Assembly: GCF_009834535.1 (NCBI RefSeq)
Contig: NC_045696.1
Location: 25,112,001-25,176,000, forward strand
DNA from: Camelus ferus
Taxonomy: Eukaryota
Length of the DNA: 64,000 bases
Direction of reading: 5' to 3'
In this document: positions 35,600 to 48,391 of the stretch, one piece after another
Layout of the letters: each line of letters starts with the position of its first letter
Numbering within the stretch: the first letter of the stretch is position 1
Translations under genes and position numbers: made by a program
The notes under the pieces: generated by a model
The model's input: only the letters and a program-made list of their open reading frames with translations
What the model was told of the DNA's origin: nothing
Databases searched by the model: none

Positions 35600-38150
35600 A
35601 AGGTTTCCTTATTTTTCTAGATATTTTCAAACTTGTATGAGATTTTCTCTATGACCCAAGAAGAGAGATTTGGGTTTTTTTTTTTTTAATTTTCAGATGT
35701 TTTTATTTGTTGTTATTATTATTATTACTTACAGAGTGGTAAGAAAATGCTTACTGTCTTCCTATTTGGGGGAATTTATTTCATGTTTTTTTAGGGCCTC
35801 AAATATTGCCAGTTTTTCAAAATAATCAATGGATACTTGAAATCAGATTGTGTTCTATTCTCTTTTTCAAGATGCAGAGCTTAGTATACACTATTGGATG
35901 TTTATTTATGTTATTTAGGTCTTCTTGCTTCTTCCTTATTTCTGCCCCTTTAATTTTCAAGGATGGAGAGACAAGACTAATGCATCTGTGCTTTTCTCCT
36001 GATATATTCTTTCTAGTTTGCTTTGTGCCTTTTGATGCTGTGGCATTATGGCTGTAGGCGTTCATTATGAACTATGACTTATAACAACAACAACAAAAAT
36101 ACCCTTTTTCAATTTGTCTTATGTTTTGTGGTCTGACTTAACGTTTGCCTGATAAAAGATTTCCACCCTGGGTTTCTTTTCTTGTGATTTTTTTTTTTTT
36201 TTGACATCTTGGTTTTCACTTACCTAATTTATATTGTATAAGGTGTATTTCTTGTAGAGCCTACAGTTGGGTTTTATTTTGGGAAAACAAATAGAGAAGT
36301 CTTTTATTTATTATGTAATATTTATATGTGATCCTAATTCCAGCACATTATTGTATGTGTTCTAATATTTTTTATTTAGGTTTTTGTCTTCCCATTTATG
36401 GGTATAATTTTGTCCTAATGCTAAACTGTATCACTATAATTTTATAGAACTATATGTAATATTGTTTGTTAGTCTATTTTTAGAGTCTCTTCTTATTGAG
36501 CATTGATAAAAGTATGTTTCTCCTTCTTTGCTCTTTTTCTTTTCTGTCACCTGATTTTAATCAATTTCATTAGCCTCCTTAGTATGCACACTTGTAATGG
36601 TGAATATACTTACACATCTATTATTTGCTTATTAAGTTTTATGATGTATTTTCGTTTTAGCTGCTTCAGTGAACTATTTTCCTTTCACTTTGCTTCCCCA
36701 CTTTTTCTAGCATTTTTTGCTTTGCCGTTTCTAAAATACCAGTGGGTAAAACATTTACATTCTGTTCTGAAGCCCTAGTCCACACAGTTCTTTCAATCAT
36801 AGTAGTGCAGTTAAAAAGATTTAATGTTCTCCATCGTTAAAGTTGTCAACTTTAGCAAATAAAAGTAGAGGACACCCACCTAAATTTGAGTTTCAATTAT
36901 ATGTAGAATTATAAATCTTTTTAGTATAAGGATGTTCCATGAAGTATTAGGGATATTAGGCATCTTGTATTTTCTGGTAACCCTAAGCTGAGTTCTTTTG
37001 CCTAAGCTTTTTAGTCATGCCTGGGTTGTCTGGAATTTGGCCTTAGAGTAGATCCCTAAAGAATGACTCATGGCAGTAGTGTGCATGGTCAAACCACGTG
37101 CCTGGTAACTTTGTACTTGAAACACAGGTTAGCTGTGTAAAAACACGTTTCTTAACACTTTGTTTATCTTTTAGAATTTCATGGATACTGTCTCAGTGTT
37201 TTCTAGTGTCTGAATGATGCCAGATAACCTGAAGCCAGTCAGACTCCCCCTTTGTTACATGAATCTTAATATTTTTGCCTTTCTATATGAAGGCTGTTTC
37301 ATTTGAATATGTACACCTTTGCTAGGGTTAGTCTCCTTGACCATTCTGCATCATTTGTACCAGGAATAAAATGTATTCTTTTTTAGTTTTACACATCATG
37401 TTTTCATTTTTCAAAAACTTTTTGAATGATATTTTTACAATTTTCTTCTGTTTGGTTACTTTTTCTTCTTTAGAGACATCAAGCAAGCTTATTATGAATT
37501 TTCTTTGATTATTTTCTGTATCTGTTGTTTTAAGTTATTTTTCTCTTTTTAAACATTTGTATTCATTATAACTATTTTCATTTTTCTATTCTTTTTCAGT
37601 TTTTGTACCCTTTGTTTCTTAATGCATTTTGGCATTTGTATTTTTCCTGTTCTACTTTCAGATTCACCTTAGTTCTATGATATTTTTATATTTTCTTCCA
37701 TTTTTTCATTGAACCCTCCCTCTCCAGTTCAGTGTTTAAATCTCTTCTAATTGTTTTATTGTTTATTCCCCTAATTCTTGGCCTTTTGTCTACTGTTCTT
37801 GATTCATTGAAGCAATTACTCTTTTAAACTAAATGGTGAAAATACATAGTCACAATTTTTATCTGCTTCCTAGTTGGGAGTTTTTCATTTTCTGTACACG
37901 CTTTCTCTGTTCTTTTACTCCTTAAAAAAATCTTTGTTCATATCTCATTCAAGATTTTTTTTATTAAACATCATTAAAACAAGGATATTTTCATGGATCA
38001 ACTATAGTTCATGTAGCAGGTTAAGGCTAGGTTCAGGGCTAACTGAAATTTTCCTTTTAACACCGAGTTTCTTCTATGTAGTTCAGTTTTCCTTCTTCTC
38101 AACCAATGAGCTTGGAAACTTCATGGGATGTTTTGGTTTGTTTTTTTATT
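35600..38150 (-). mobile_element. Very old L1 (L1ME/HAL1-like) remnant, interrupted by MER53
   Basis: Strongly T-rich + strand. CTGAAGCCAGTCAGACT is the reverse complement of the ORF1 'IRLASD' region. Boundaries approximate. Confidence 0.6.
36838..36985. mobile_element. MER53 hAT MITE
   Basis: GTTGTCAACTTTAGCAAATAAAAGTAGAGGACACCCA...CATCTTGTATTTTCTGGTAACCCTA with decayed TAGGGTTGCCAG termini. Confidence 0.8.
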
Positions 38151-38162
38151 TCATTGCGTGCA

Positions 38163-38166
<4 letters not shown>

Positions 38167-38202
<36 letters not shown>
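38167..38202. repeat. (TG)18 microsatellite
   Basis: Perfect run read directly. Confidence 0.97.
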
Positions 38203-38211
<9 letters not shown>

Positions 38212-41200
38212 GTTTTAAAGCAGGCATCCCTTTTCTTCTGTAATCACTATGGCAAACTGGTTAATTGGTTTGTGCAAAGATGACTTATGAACAAATTCAT
38301 TAGTCTTAGTTCCTCTGTTTCTCAGACCCAAACTAAATTCAGCGCTCTTCTGCTACCAGCCAGTATAGTCTTGTCCCTGTTGTTAAAAAAGAGAATTCCA
38401 AGTTTGCTGCTTCTAAGTGGCCCTCACCTTGAAGAAGTTTTTTGCTTCCTCCTTCTAAGATTCTCCATGCCTAATTCGCACTTCTTGGTATATTATCTTC
38501 TTCCTACATCTTTCCTCACTTGATCCTTGTTGCTTTGGGTCGCATAGCTACCTATGGGGGGAGAAGAGTTGAGTTACTAAGTTTCCCAGTTTTCCCAAAA
38601 TATGAAAATATCTTTTCCTTTGTTTTTTTGTTCCCTTTTTGGTTTTCAGATGACTTCTTAGAAATCTTTATTTTTTGTCCAAGTGTTTAAACCTAGATAT
38701 TCACTATTGTACCTGTTAGCACAAAGTCATTCAATGAAGAAAAATAATCACTAACTTAATGAGATTTGTCTTTAAAATAATAAGTTATTTTTCCTTGTTT
38801 ATAAAACACACTGGATTAATGTCAAGTAAGATGTATAAGAATATAAGCATGCTTAAAGCTGAATGTTATTTTTCTTGAATGAGAAAAAAATCAAATTACC
38901 TAATTTAAAAATATGGAAGCTATCAAGGGATGTTTGGATTTTGAAGAACTTTTCTGTATTCAATTAGTGTTTCTGCTGTATTCTTTCCTGATTTCAAGGA
39001 AACATTTTCATTTTTTAGTTTGAATAGCATTTATAACTGATTATTGAGGTTTATCGGGATTATTTATCTCATGATAAGTCCATCTTGTACTCTGTACTTC
39101 TAGCATGTCCTAAGATTTGCTTTTTGAAACTATGTCTATGCTAAGGTTGCTTGGCAGAAAACATCACGGTAAATTCACAGACTATCCTACACATTAAATT
39201 AGGGAACAGCATAACACCTATTGTAAACTTTTACACTCACTAATTGACATAACACTCATAGGGTACCAGAGTTAATGAAAAAAAATTGTTCTTCTTTACA
39301 TTGTTTTTTCATCTTCTAAAAGTACTATGATGAGAAGTATTAATGTTCACAAGTGTCATAGTTCTATACAATGAGATTGTAATAAGACATGTCAAGCTAG
39401 TTCAGTAAAGTAGAGTCGGGGTGAACTCTTCTCAAATGAACATAGAAAAATGTTTCACAATTAAAATCTAGTATCTAATATTACATTTTTTCTGATTAAA
39501 AGAAAAAAATCTGCAACATAAACATTTGTGATAAAATTTACCAATCTAATCACTGAAATATTTTTAAGTTAAAATTTGTAATTTCCCTCTGGGCTTTACA
39601 CTCTATTGCTCCAGTAATATTGTGATCCCCCCTACCCGTAACCTTAGCTGTTCATTTAAATGAAATGGTATATTTATTGCAAAGTATAGTATCTTAGATT
39701 ATCAAAATAATTTTTAAGGGAAAAATAACATTGTCAGCATTTAGTATTAAGGATAAAGAAGTAAATCAGGCCAAGCTCTTAGTTTTTAAGTTTAAAGAAT
39801 GTGATTATCTATCAAACATTAGTTTGAGAGTAGGGCTGTCAACTTAGACCAGTCTGCTAATGTGTACTTGTTGCAAGACATTTGCTTCAAAACAGGAAAA
39901 TATTTAAATGTTATCATCAACACATTTATTGAAAAAGCAGTGCCATCATGGTACCCATTAAACTAAATTAATTGAAGATTATAGAAATAGAATTAATTCC
40001 TCTATTCTATAGGGTTAGGAACCATATTCTCTGGACTTTTGAGGAAATACAGCATCACATGCAAATTGTTTCTGAATTTTGATCTACTATTGGATATTCA
40101 TCATCATTAAGCATTATTCCTTGCCTTTTATTTGTAGATATAAAATAAAAGATATTTAAGTTTAGCACCTACAGTGAATGGTTGAAGCATACTAATGTCT
40201 ACATAGCTGATACTATTCATTTGGGAAAACAAAAGACATGTTTGGGACTGAACATCTGTTTAATATAGTGTTATGAAATGGCCAACCACATTCCTTTTAC
40301 GTGTTTACTTCCAGATAATGGTTGATATGTGATTAAGGGTGAATAGGGGAGGGACTATGTTGTGGTCAAATTCCATTATCAAAGATTCTTAGTCATAATG
40401 AGGGAGCTTAGACACTCAGGACTGCCTAAAGCAGAGCATTTTCTTAAGGATGTTCTGTCACAATGATTTCATTTTTGTTTGTGGGGGGGGGGGTCACCAG
40501 TCTTTGAGAAGTTTTGCAGTGACCCACTTACATCATCCACGTTACCAGATACAACTCTACCACAGGGACTTCAGAGGCTACTTCTAGGAGCTGGAAAATC
40601 TTCTTGCTAACTTTTTCACTAAGTTATATCCCATTTCATTCCTTAAGAGCCATCAAATTAATAATCATAGCTAATTTTGTAAGAGATCTCTGTTGTGATA
40701 TGTTTAAGAATTTTTTTTTAATTTAGCAGTACTTTGTTTATTACTACAATGAAAGGATCTCGGTCAAATGTCGTCAAATTGAATTACTTAAAACAAAACA
40801 AATACTAGGACATAACTATTATCCAGCATATATAATTTTATAAAATATAAATATTTAAACAATTCCACTTCTATGATACAGTTGGACAAGTTCATATGGA
40901 AAACAAATGAATATTTCTTATCCTCAACCAAATAGTTCTAAGCATTCTTAGACATGATTTAACATAAAAATAAATAACAAAACTCACAAAAAAAATGCTA
41001 AGATACTAAATTGAAATAAAAATCAGAAAACCAATCAGTAAACATAGTACTTTAATCAAAGTATAAATTCAAAACAGTTTTTTTTTAGGATTATGTGTTC
41101 AACTTCTTATAGATTATAATGCAAATTGCCATGTTAGATCAATAGAAAATTTGTTTTATGAAACTTTCTCTAAAGCAAAATGCCTTGATACCTTCAAAAT

Positions 41201-41655
41201 CACAGAGGGTAAAATGATCATTTTAAAGAACTGTATGTTCTTGAAGCATTTTCATAGCAGGAAAAGAGTAAAGTGGCAACACTGAAGTGTGTTTCATTTA
41301 CACTCAGTTATGTACTGCATACTTGATTATTTCTATTATGATAGAAAATGTGGCCTTTATAGCAAAGAGCACTTCAGATTTCTCTTATAAAAAAGGAGAC
41401 ATGCAGTGTATGATCTTAAACAAAGAACTGCTCAGTTTCTAGCCTTTGGAGAAAGAACACATAAATCTTTCCTCTCAGACCAGTGACATTATATTCATTT
41501 ACAGTAACTGTTTTCCAATTCAAAATCTACTTTGGGGAAACCTTTTAGGAAATTATCTTGCCTCGCTGAAAAGATGAGATCTTTAATATCTAGTCATTGT
41601 GTCTAAAGAAAGTTGATTTACAGGTCGTTCTTTCCCTGAAGGAAAGATTATCCCC

Positions 41656-41660
<5 letters not shown>

Positions 41661-41714
<54 letters not shown>
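41661..41714. repeat. (TG)27 microsatellite
   Basis: Perfect run read directly. Confidence 0.97.
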
Positions 41715-41717
<3 letters not shown>

Positions 41718-42659
41718 CTGTGTTTGTCTTTACATGGATTCTTTGGACAAGAATCTTACTCAAATTGGAAATTTACATACAACTGTTTTGATTGGGAATG
41801 CCAGCCAAAACATCCTTCACTCACTGACATTAAGTCAAGAATTCTGCTGCTTAAGTCAATATGCTTCTTTTAATAGTTACTATTGTATTGTCCATTTATT
41901 TAAAAAAAAATAAAAAGAGAATTTTAAAATGATAATTCAGTGCTTCAAGTGCAGATGTGTATCACTCCTTGGAAATTATTTGCATCCTTTTCTTCACAAT
42001 AAAAGAAGGGGTGACAATTGCAATTGTGATTTAAATATTTGCATAGACAGCAATAACTGTGGATCATCATGGTTTGTAGTTCCTGGTCTTCTGAAGTTCA
42101 GAGAATTCAGAGATGCAACAAGTTTATTGCTATGAGGATATACTCTGAAAATATGGAAGGGGATTAAACAATAGATTTGTCTTTTCAAAAATAATCTTAA
42201 GATCTGGGTACTTTTCTGTAGTGCTTTAGACGACACAAGGGTGCTTTCACATTTATAACTTAAAACTCAGAACTGAACTGAGTTTAGGAAAGAGAGCTCT
42301 TCTTCTGCCTATTTGAAAAGTGATTAAACATGCCCAATGGGGCTCTGTGACTCTAAACCCCATAGCTGGAGAGGTTTATGTGCTAGAAAGCATGGTACTT
42401 CCATGAGAGCCTCAAGTATTAGGAGATGTGCCTCTACAGCCAGTAACCTTGATGACTGAGGTCATTCCTCAAATGTCTGCAAATTTTCTAGCATATCAGT
42501 TTAATTCTGCTTGATAGCAGTTATGGAGAGTTACTGCTTCATCCATGTCCTCGCATGAGAATATTTTCATATATTATATGTATACCTCTAGATCATTTTG
42601 ATATATTTTAGCTGCAGGACTCTCTTATGCTAACACACCTGATTCATCTGAAATATAAA

Positions 42660-43250
42660 AAAAAAGCATAAACTAAAAGAAATTTTAAAAGACATATATG
42701 AGAAGGTTCTCAGCTGCTAGTCATTGGGGATTATATCAAAATAACAGTGGACTATCTTCACCCTTCAGATTGAAAAAAGAAGTCCGATGGCATCAGTTTT
42801 GGAAAGGATGTGGAGAAATGGGCATCTTCACTAATGCATTGTGGGACTGAAGAATAGGGCATCTCCGGAGAGCCTGTGCCAGTAATCTAGAGGAAAACGG
42901 GCGTATATACAGATTGTGTGCCCCCAAAGCCCACACTAGAAATGCTTGTTCATGAAAACAGGACCTGAATTTGTACATTTATTGCAGTGTCATTTGTAAG
43001 AGCAAACCCACTGAAACAGTGCTTTTTAAAAAAAACAAAAAGGTTCAATTTATGTATTTATTTATATTGAAGTACAGTCTTTATGTTTTTATTGCCGTAA
43101 TCTCATTTGATGGTATGTTTCTCATTTAAAGGAAGGAAATACATATACATAACACATTGAGAGATCTCAAAACATTGTTGAATGAAAAAGGAAAGATGTA
43201 AAATGTTACATAGGATATAATATTATTTATGTTAACTTAAGAACTTACAT
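42660..43250 (+). mobile_element. Old L1ME-type 3'-end fragment
   Basis: GGAAAGGATGTGGAGAAATGGGCATCTTCAC (decayed CCHC region), TTTATTGCAGTGTCATTTGTAAGAGCAAA, GATCTCAAAACATTGTTGAATGAAAAAGG. Confidence 0.7.
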
Positions 43251-43989
43251 GTATATACACATATGTACAAATATACACATGCATACACAATATATAGAGA
43301 GGTACACACGTATATTCCAGGTATTGTATCTGTATTCAGGGAAGAAAGACAAACGATAAGTAACACCACTAATGCTCCACTGATATCTCCTTACATCTTA
43401 TTGGCTATAAGCAAGTCACATGGCCACCACTTATTAGAAAAAAGCCTGGAAAATCAACTGTCTTCAAAAGAGGTAGAGGATTGTTGTCACTGGCCGGGAC
43501 TAATCGTGATTCATTCATGTTCCAAACAAAATGAGCCTTCTGTAGGCAAATAAGGAAGATATAAGCAGCCAATAGTGTGTGGCAGTTAGTAAAACACACT
43601 CTTGAAAGCAGTTCTATTTTTTCAGTATTTAGTGATGAAAATACTCCTTGAATCCCCTCCAGATTTCAAGCTCTTTATGCAGAAATCCTATATTTTATGT
43701 TTTTCTTGTGTCCTCAGGGCACTCAGTGATAAGTATGTGCAAAGCACTAAAAAAATTTTTAAAAAAAATTGTTAATTAAATAACTCTGAGAAGAGACTCA
43801 CCATCTTGCAAATAAGAAATTTAACTTAATATTTGGTAGAAATTATCTGGACCACAATTGTCACACTTAAGTCACTGAATTCACTCATGCAATATATTAT
43901 GTAATTTATGCTAAAATTTTTAAAGTCTTTTTTACTACTTCTTTTGTATAACTGCTCGAGATTGAAACATCTACCTATGCTATTAGATT

Positions 43990-45130
43990 ACATTATGCTA
44001 TTTTATTTTTATTGATTTTCTCTATTAATTTCCTGTTTTCCATTTCATTGATTTCTGCTTCAATTATTATTTATTTTATTCTGCTTACTTTGGATTTGAT
44101 TTGCTCTTCTTTTAGTAGTTTCCTAAGACTAAATTTAGACTACTGATTTTAGATCTTATTTTCTGATATATACCTTCAATACTGTGAATTTCCCTCCAAA
44201 CAGTGCTTTTGCTGCATGTCACAAATTATGGTAAGTTGTGTTTTCATTTCATTTCGTTCAAAACAGTGTTTTATTTCTCTTAATATTTCTTCTTTGACAC
44301 GTGTTATTTAGAAGTGTGTTGTTTAATATCCAAGTGTGTGGAAATTTTTCAGTTATCCTCTTGTTACTGATTTCTAGTGTAATAATACCATTATGATCTG
44401 AAAGCAGACATTATACAATTTCTGTTCTTCCAAATTTGTTAAGATGTGTTTTAGAACTCAGAATGCAGTGTATCTTGCTGAATGTTCCATGTGGGCTTGA
44501 GGAAAATGTGTATTCTGCTGTTGTTGAATGAAGTCTGTATATGTCACTTATATGCAGTTGATTGATGGTATTGTTTAATGCAAATGTTTTTAACTTTTTC
44601 TGCCTACTGGATCTCTCTATTTCTGACAGGGTGGTGTTGAAGAAGTCTCCAACTGTGATAGTGGATCATCTGTTTCTCTTTGCAATTCTATTATTTTGCC
44701 TCACATATTTTGACACTCTTGTTGGGTGCATATACCTTAAGGATTGTTATGTCTTCTAAGAGAAGTGACCCCCTTTATCATGTAGTGCATTTTTTTTATT
44801 CCTGCTAACTTTCCTTACTTTAAAATCTTCTGTTTGAAATTAATGTAGGTACCCCTGCTTTCTTTTGATTAGTGTCAGCATGGTATATTTTCTCCATCCA
44901 TTTACTTTTAATCTATATATGTCTTTATCTTTATGCAGGCAACATATAGTTAGATCTTATTTTTTTATCAGTTCTAATAGACTGTATCTTTTAATTGGTG
45001 TATTTAGATCATTGATGTTCAAAAGTGATCATTTTATATAGAAGTTGGGTTAATATATACCATTTTGATTATTGTTTTCTATTTGTTTCCCTTCTTTGTT
45101 TCTATTTTTGTCTTCCACTCTTTTTCTGCC
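43990..45130 (-). mobile_element. Old L1 fragment (inter-ORF region plus ORF2 EN), same type as 767-4692
   Basis: The reverse complement of ~44990-45130 aligns by eye to ~2315-2460. Contains TTCATTGATTTCTGCT and GAAAATGTGTATTCTGCTGTTGTTG EN-region motifs. Confidence 0.85.
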
Positions 45131-45405
45131 TGTGTCCAAGGTTTTTATTGGGCCCATTCACAGAGGTACCCTCTGCCTAGCATATACCAAAATTCCAAAC
45201 TCAGAGAAAAAAAAAAGCAGATGTTCAGCATAAACCACATTGTTTGTACAAACAGTTTAGGCACAATAAACCATGTTTATCAGTTAAGGAATGACAGGAA
45301 CTCTTTCAAAATCCAAGTTCCCAGATGCAAGCTGAGGGCCAAACATGCAAGCCAGTCTCTGTAAGGAGAGCAGTCAGGCATGCTATGTTAACTCTTTTCT
45401 GCACA
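45131..45405 (-). mobile_element. MER21C/MER68/MER77-family LTR fragment
   Basis: Ends GCTATGTTAACTCTTTTCTGCACA (reverse complement of TGTGCAGAAAAGAGTTAACATAGC). Contains CAGCATAAACCACATTGTTTG. Confidence 0.8.
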
Positions 45406-45749
45406 CCTCTAATGCTTTATTACCATATAGTCATTTTACAATAGTGCTTTGGGAAGACCTGACCCCTGACTTTCAACCATCTTCTAAAATATGTAAGACA
45501 TTTACATTATTCAGCACTGAATATTGATTAATGGTGTCATTTTTCTTATGCCAAATGGAAAGCCACAAAAGAAAGATTTCCTGAAAATTATAACATGTAT
45601 GATCTTATGCTATTTTCCTTCTGCTTGGATGAGAAGAGTAAAGGTGAGAGAAGGAGCATCAGTGTAAGTCAGACATATGCATTAATGGAAGACAGTGAGC
45701 TATGAGAAGAGACATCACTGTGTGTGTAACTCATGGATGCCGGAGATAG

Positions 45750-45900
45750 TCTGGGGCCACTTAGCCTGTCTGGTCCTCCATTTCCTCATCTATAAAATGG
45801 GGCTACAAACAGTAACTTCTTCATGTAGTCATTTTGTGAAATAAGTGGATTTTTCTAATATATTTAAACAATCCTTGGAACTTAGTAAAAATAAAATAAA
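45750..45900 (+). mobile_element. MIR fragment
   Basis: CCACTTAGCCTGTCTGGTCCTCCATTTCCTCATCTATAAAATGGGG. Confidence 0.75.
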
Positions 45901-46601
45901 TGATATAAAATAGCCAAAAGTATGTCTTTAAAAAGTAGGACAAAGTATAACCTAATTCAATTTCTTAGCCTAGAGTATAAAATTGATGTTAAATCTAGTA
46001 ATTTAGGAAACATAAAACATAAATTGTGCAACCAAATTTCCATTAAGATTTTGTTTCTCTATTGTCTTGTTTCCAAAAAAAACATTCAAAACTTCCTAAA
46101 AGAATGATCAGATTTACCCTGGGCTTTTTCACTCAAATATAATTTCTCTAGAAATTATGTTGTTTTGGTAAATTGGCAAATGAGTTATAATAACTCCTCA
46201 GGCCTCTAGTTCGTCCATTCTTTTCAATAAATTAAAAAAAAAAATTTCAAGACACAAGAAACAAAATACTTGATGAAATCAATCATGCTTACCTTGCTGG
46301 AGTTTCATCCTTATGTTTGCTATTTCATGTTACTTGTTTGTGGCATTTATGCAGTTTCTCTAGTTCTCTAAAAGTAGTTCTAATTTCTCCTGCTACAGAA
46401 GTTGCTGCAGTTTTGCTGTCAAGTTTTTCAGACCTGAAATGTTTCAGAGCTGTTTTTCACAGCCCAGTCCTTTCGGTAAAACCTAACAAAAGGCACCGAG
46501 AGACACTGGAAACTTGTCATGGTGCTTTCCTCTCGTTGTCTCTCATTTTCAAGTGGCAATACTTTCTCTGTCCATTGATCACCATTGTCAGAATAGAAAA
46601 C

Positions 46602-47065
46602 TGTAACAGAGATACTCAAGGGTGACCCCCACCTTGAGAGTGAGTGGAGCCTATGGGTGCTTCTAGCCAACAGAATACGGCAAAGGAGGTGGCATATCAC
46701 TCCTATGATTATGTTATGTTGTGTGAAAAAGGTGAGGTGATTTTGCAGATGGGATTCAGATTGCTTTATCAATAGATTTTGGGTTAAGAGATTATCTTGG
46801 GTAGGCCTGACCTAATCAGTTAAGGATCTGGAGATTAGAGAATCTCTCTTGTTGAAGAAGCAAGCAGTCATGTTTTTCAGCTGCAAAAAAATGATAAGCT
46901 TCAGGGAGACCTCCGCCCTAGCTAATGATTGTGACACTGTGATTAAGGACCCCATGAAAGCATGCTTGGACTTCTGACACAAGAAAACTTGTAAGATAAT
47001 TCATATGTTTTCATTTAAGCAGCTGAGTTTGTAGTAACTTCTTACATAGAGATTGAAAACTAATA
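46602..47065 (+). mobile_element. MLT1E/F-like solo LTR
   Basis: TGCTTCTAGCCAACAGAATACGGCAAAGG...GAGATTATCTTGGGTAGGCCTGACCTAATCAG...TTTAAGCAGCTGAGTTTGTAGTAA...GAAAACTAATA. Confidence 0.8.
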
Positions 47066-47154
47066 AAAAAAAAAAACTATTAAACCTACTTATTTTTGAG
47101 AAGTATCCTAAGTGGCCTCCAAAATTCATGTGAAAGCAATTAGCATAGACTTAA

Positions 47155-47520
47155 CCTGTTACAACAAAAAGATCTGAGCATACAGTGTTTCAATTGTATG
47201 AAGAAAATTGATTGTTGACCACGTGGCAATCGTCAGCCACGCCACAGCAACAGGAGGGCTTTGATCACAGTCACTCAGAACCCAAGGGGCTGGTGGGGTC
47301 TGCCATCTCTGACCTCTGACTACCGAGGTCTCCCTGGAGTTCCCCCTCAGGTGGGTAGGGAGGGCAATGGAGCAAGAAGGAGTGTGTGGAGCAGGTTTCA
47401 TAGGACACACTTCCTTTCTCCTCACATCTCATTGACCAGAACACAGTCACATGCAGGGGCAGAGTGATGTGATCCACCTGTTTGCTCAGGCAAATGAGAT
47501 ATAGATTTTAATGAATGATC
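47155..47520 (-). mobile_element. Old MLT1 (J/K-like) LTR fragment
   Basis: CACAGTCACTCAGAACCCAAGG...CACATCTCATTGACCAGAACACAGTCACATG. Confidence 0.55.
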
Positions 47521-47732
47521 AACCTTTTAATATTCTTGACAAGGCAATGATCGAAGCTTCTATTGACCTATGAGCTCGAAAGACAGTAACTTAGCCCAGG
47601 TCAAGTAAGTAAATGGGAGGGATAGAATTTGATTACCACTTGTCTTTAAAGAAGATGCCCTTTACAGTAGAACAGTTAGCCTAAAAGAAAATGATGTCAC
47701 AGATGCATTTTTTTCTATCTTTCTCTTCACAA

Positions 47733-48391
47733 TGATACAGAAAAAAATGAATGTGGGGTGAGAGGAGGGCCTTGTCTCAGGTCTCGGTTGAGCCCCTGGG
47801 ACGTGCACCGCGAAGTGTGGGTCCTTGGCTTTGCACAGGAAAGAATTCAAGAGTGAGCCACAGTTGAGTAAAGACAGATTTACTTAGAGAGATACATACT
47901 CTGTAGATTGTAGGCTGTTTCAGACAGCGAGAGAAAGGCCACGAGGTGTAAGGGCTGGGTGCTCAGGTTAAAGAGAAAGTAGATATACACTCCATAGAGT
48001 GTGCGCTGTCTACAGAGACAAGGGAGCAAGAGAGACAGCCATGAGGCACAGCGTTGCCGGGTTTTATGGGCTCAGTAGTTTCATATACTGACAAGTGGGA
48101 GGACCATTCCAGCTACCCTGGGGAAGAGGCTAGGATTCCCAGGAATTGGGCCACTGCCTACTCTTTGACTTTTTATGGTCAGCCTTGAAGCGGTCATGGT
48201 GCCTTTGGGAGTGTCATTTACCATGTTAATATATTACAATGAGCTTATGAAGCTCAAGGTCTACTGGAAGTCAAGTCTCCCACCATCTTGGGGCTCAGTG
48301 TCTACTGGGAGTTGAATCTTCCACCATTTTGGTGTTAATTGCTGTGTCATTCCTTGAATGGCTGTGCTCTGCCCCCTTCCTTTCTGTCTCA
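47733..48391 (-). mobile_element. ERV1 solo LTR, MER41-like
   Basis: TG...CA termini with inverted ends TGATACAGAAA / TTTCTGTCTCA. Contains AGGAAAGAATTCAAGAGTGAGCC and GTCATGGTGCC...GGGAGTGT, typical of MER41-group LTRs, plus internal tandem duplications. Confidence 0.8.

Noticed and set aside
39980..40012. AT-rich imperfect inverted repeat
   Set aside because: Low complexity; expected by chance at this base composition.
41597..41913. Poly-CV ORFs (also 37874-38218)
   Set aside because: Translations of (TG)n microsatellites.
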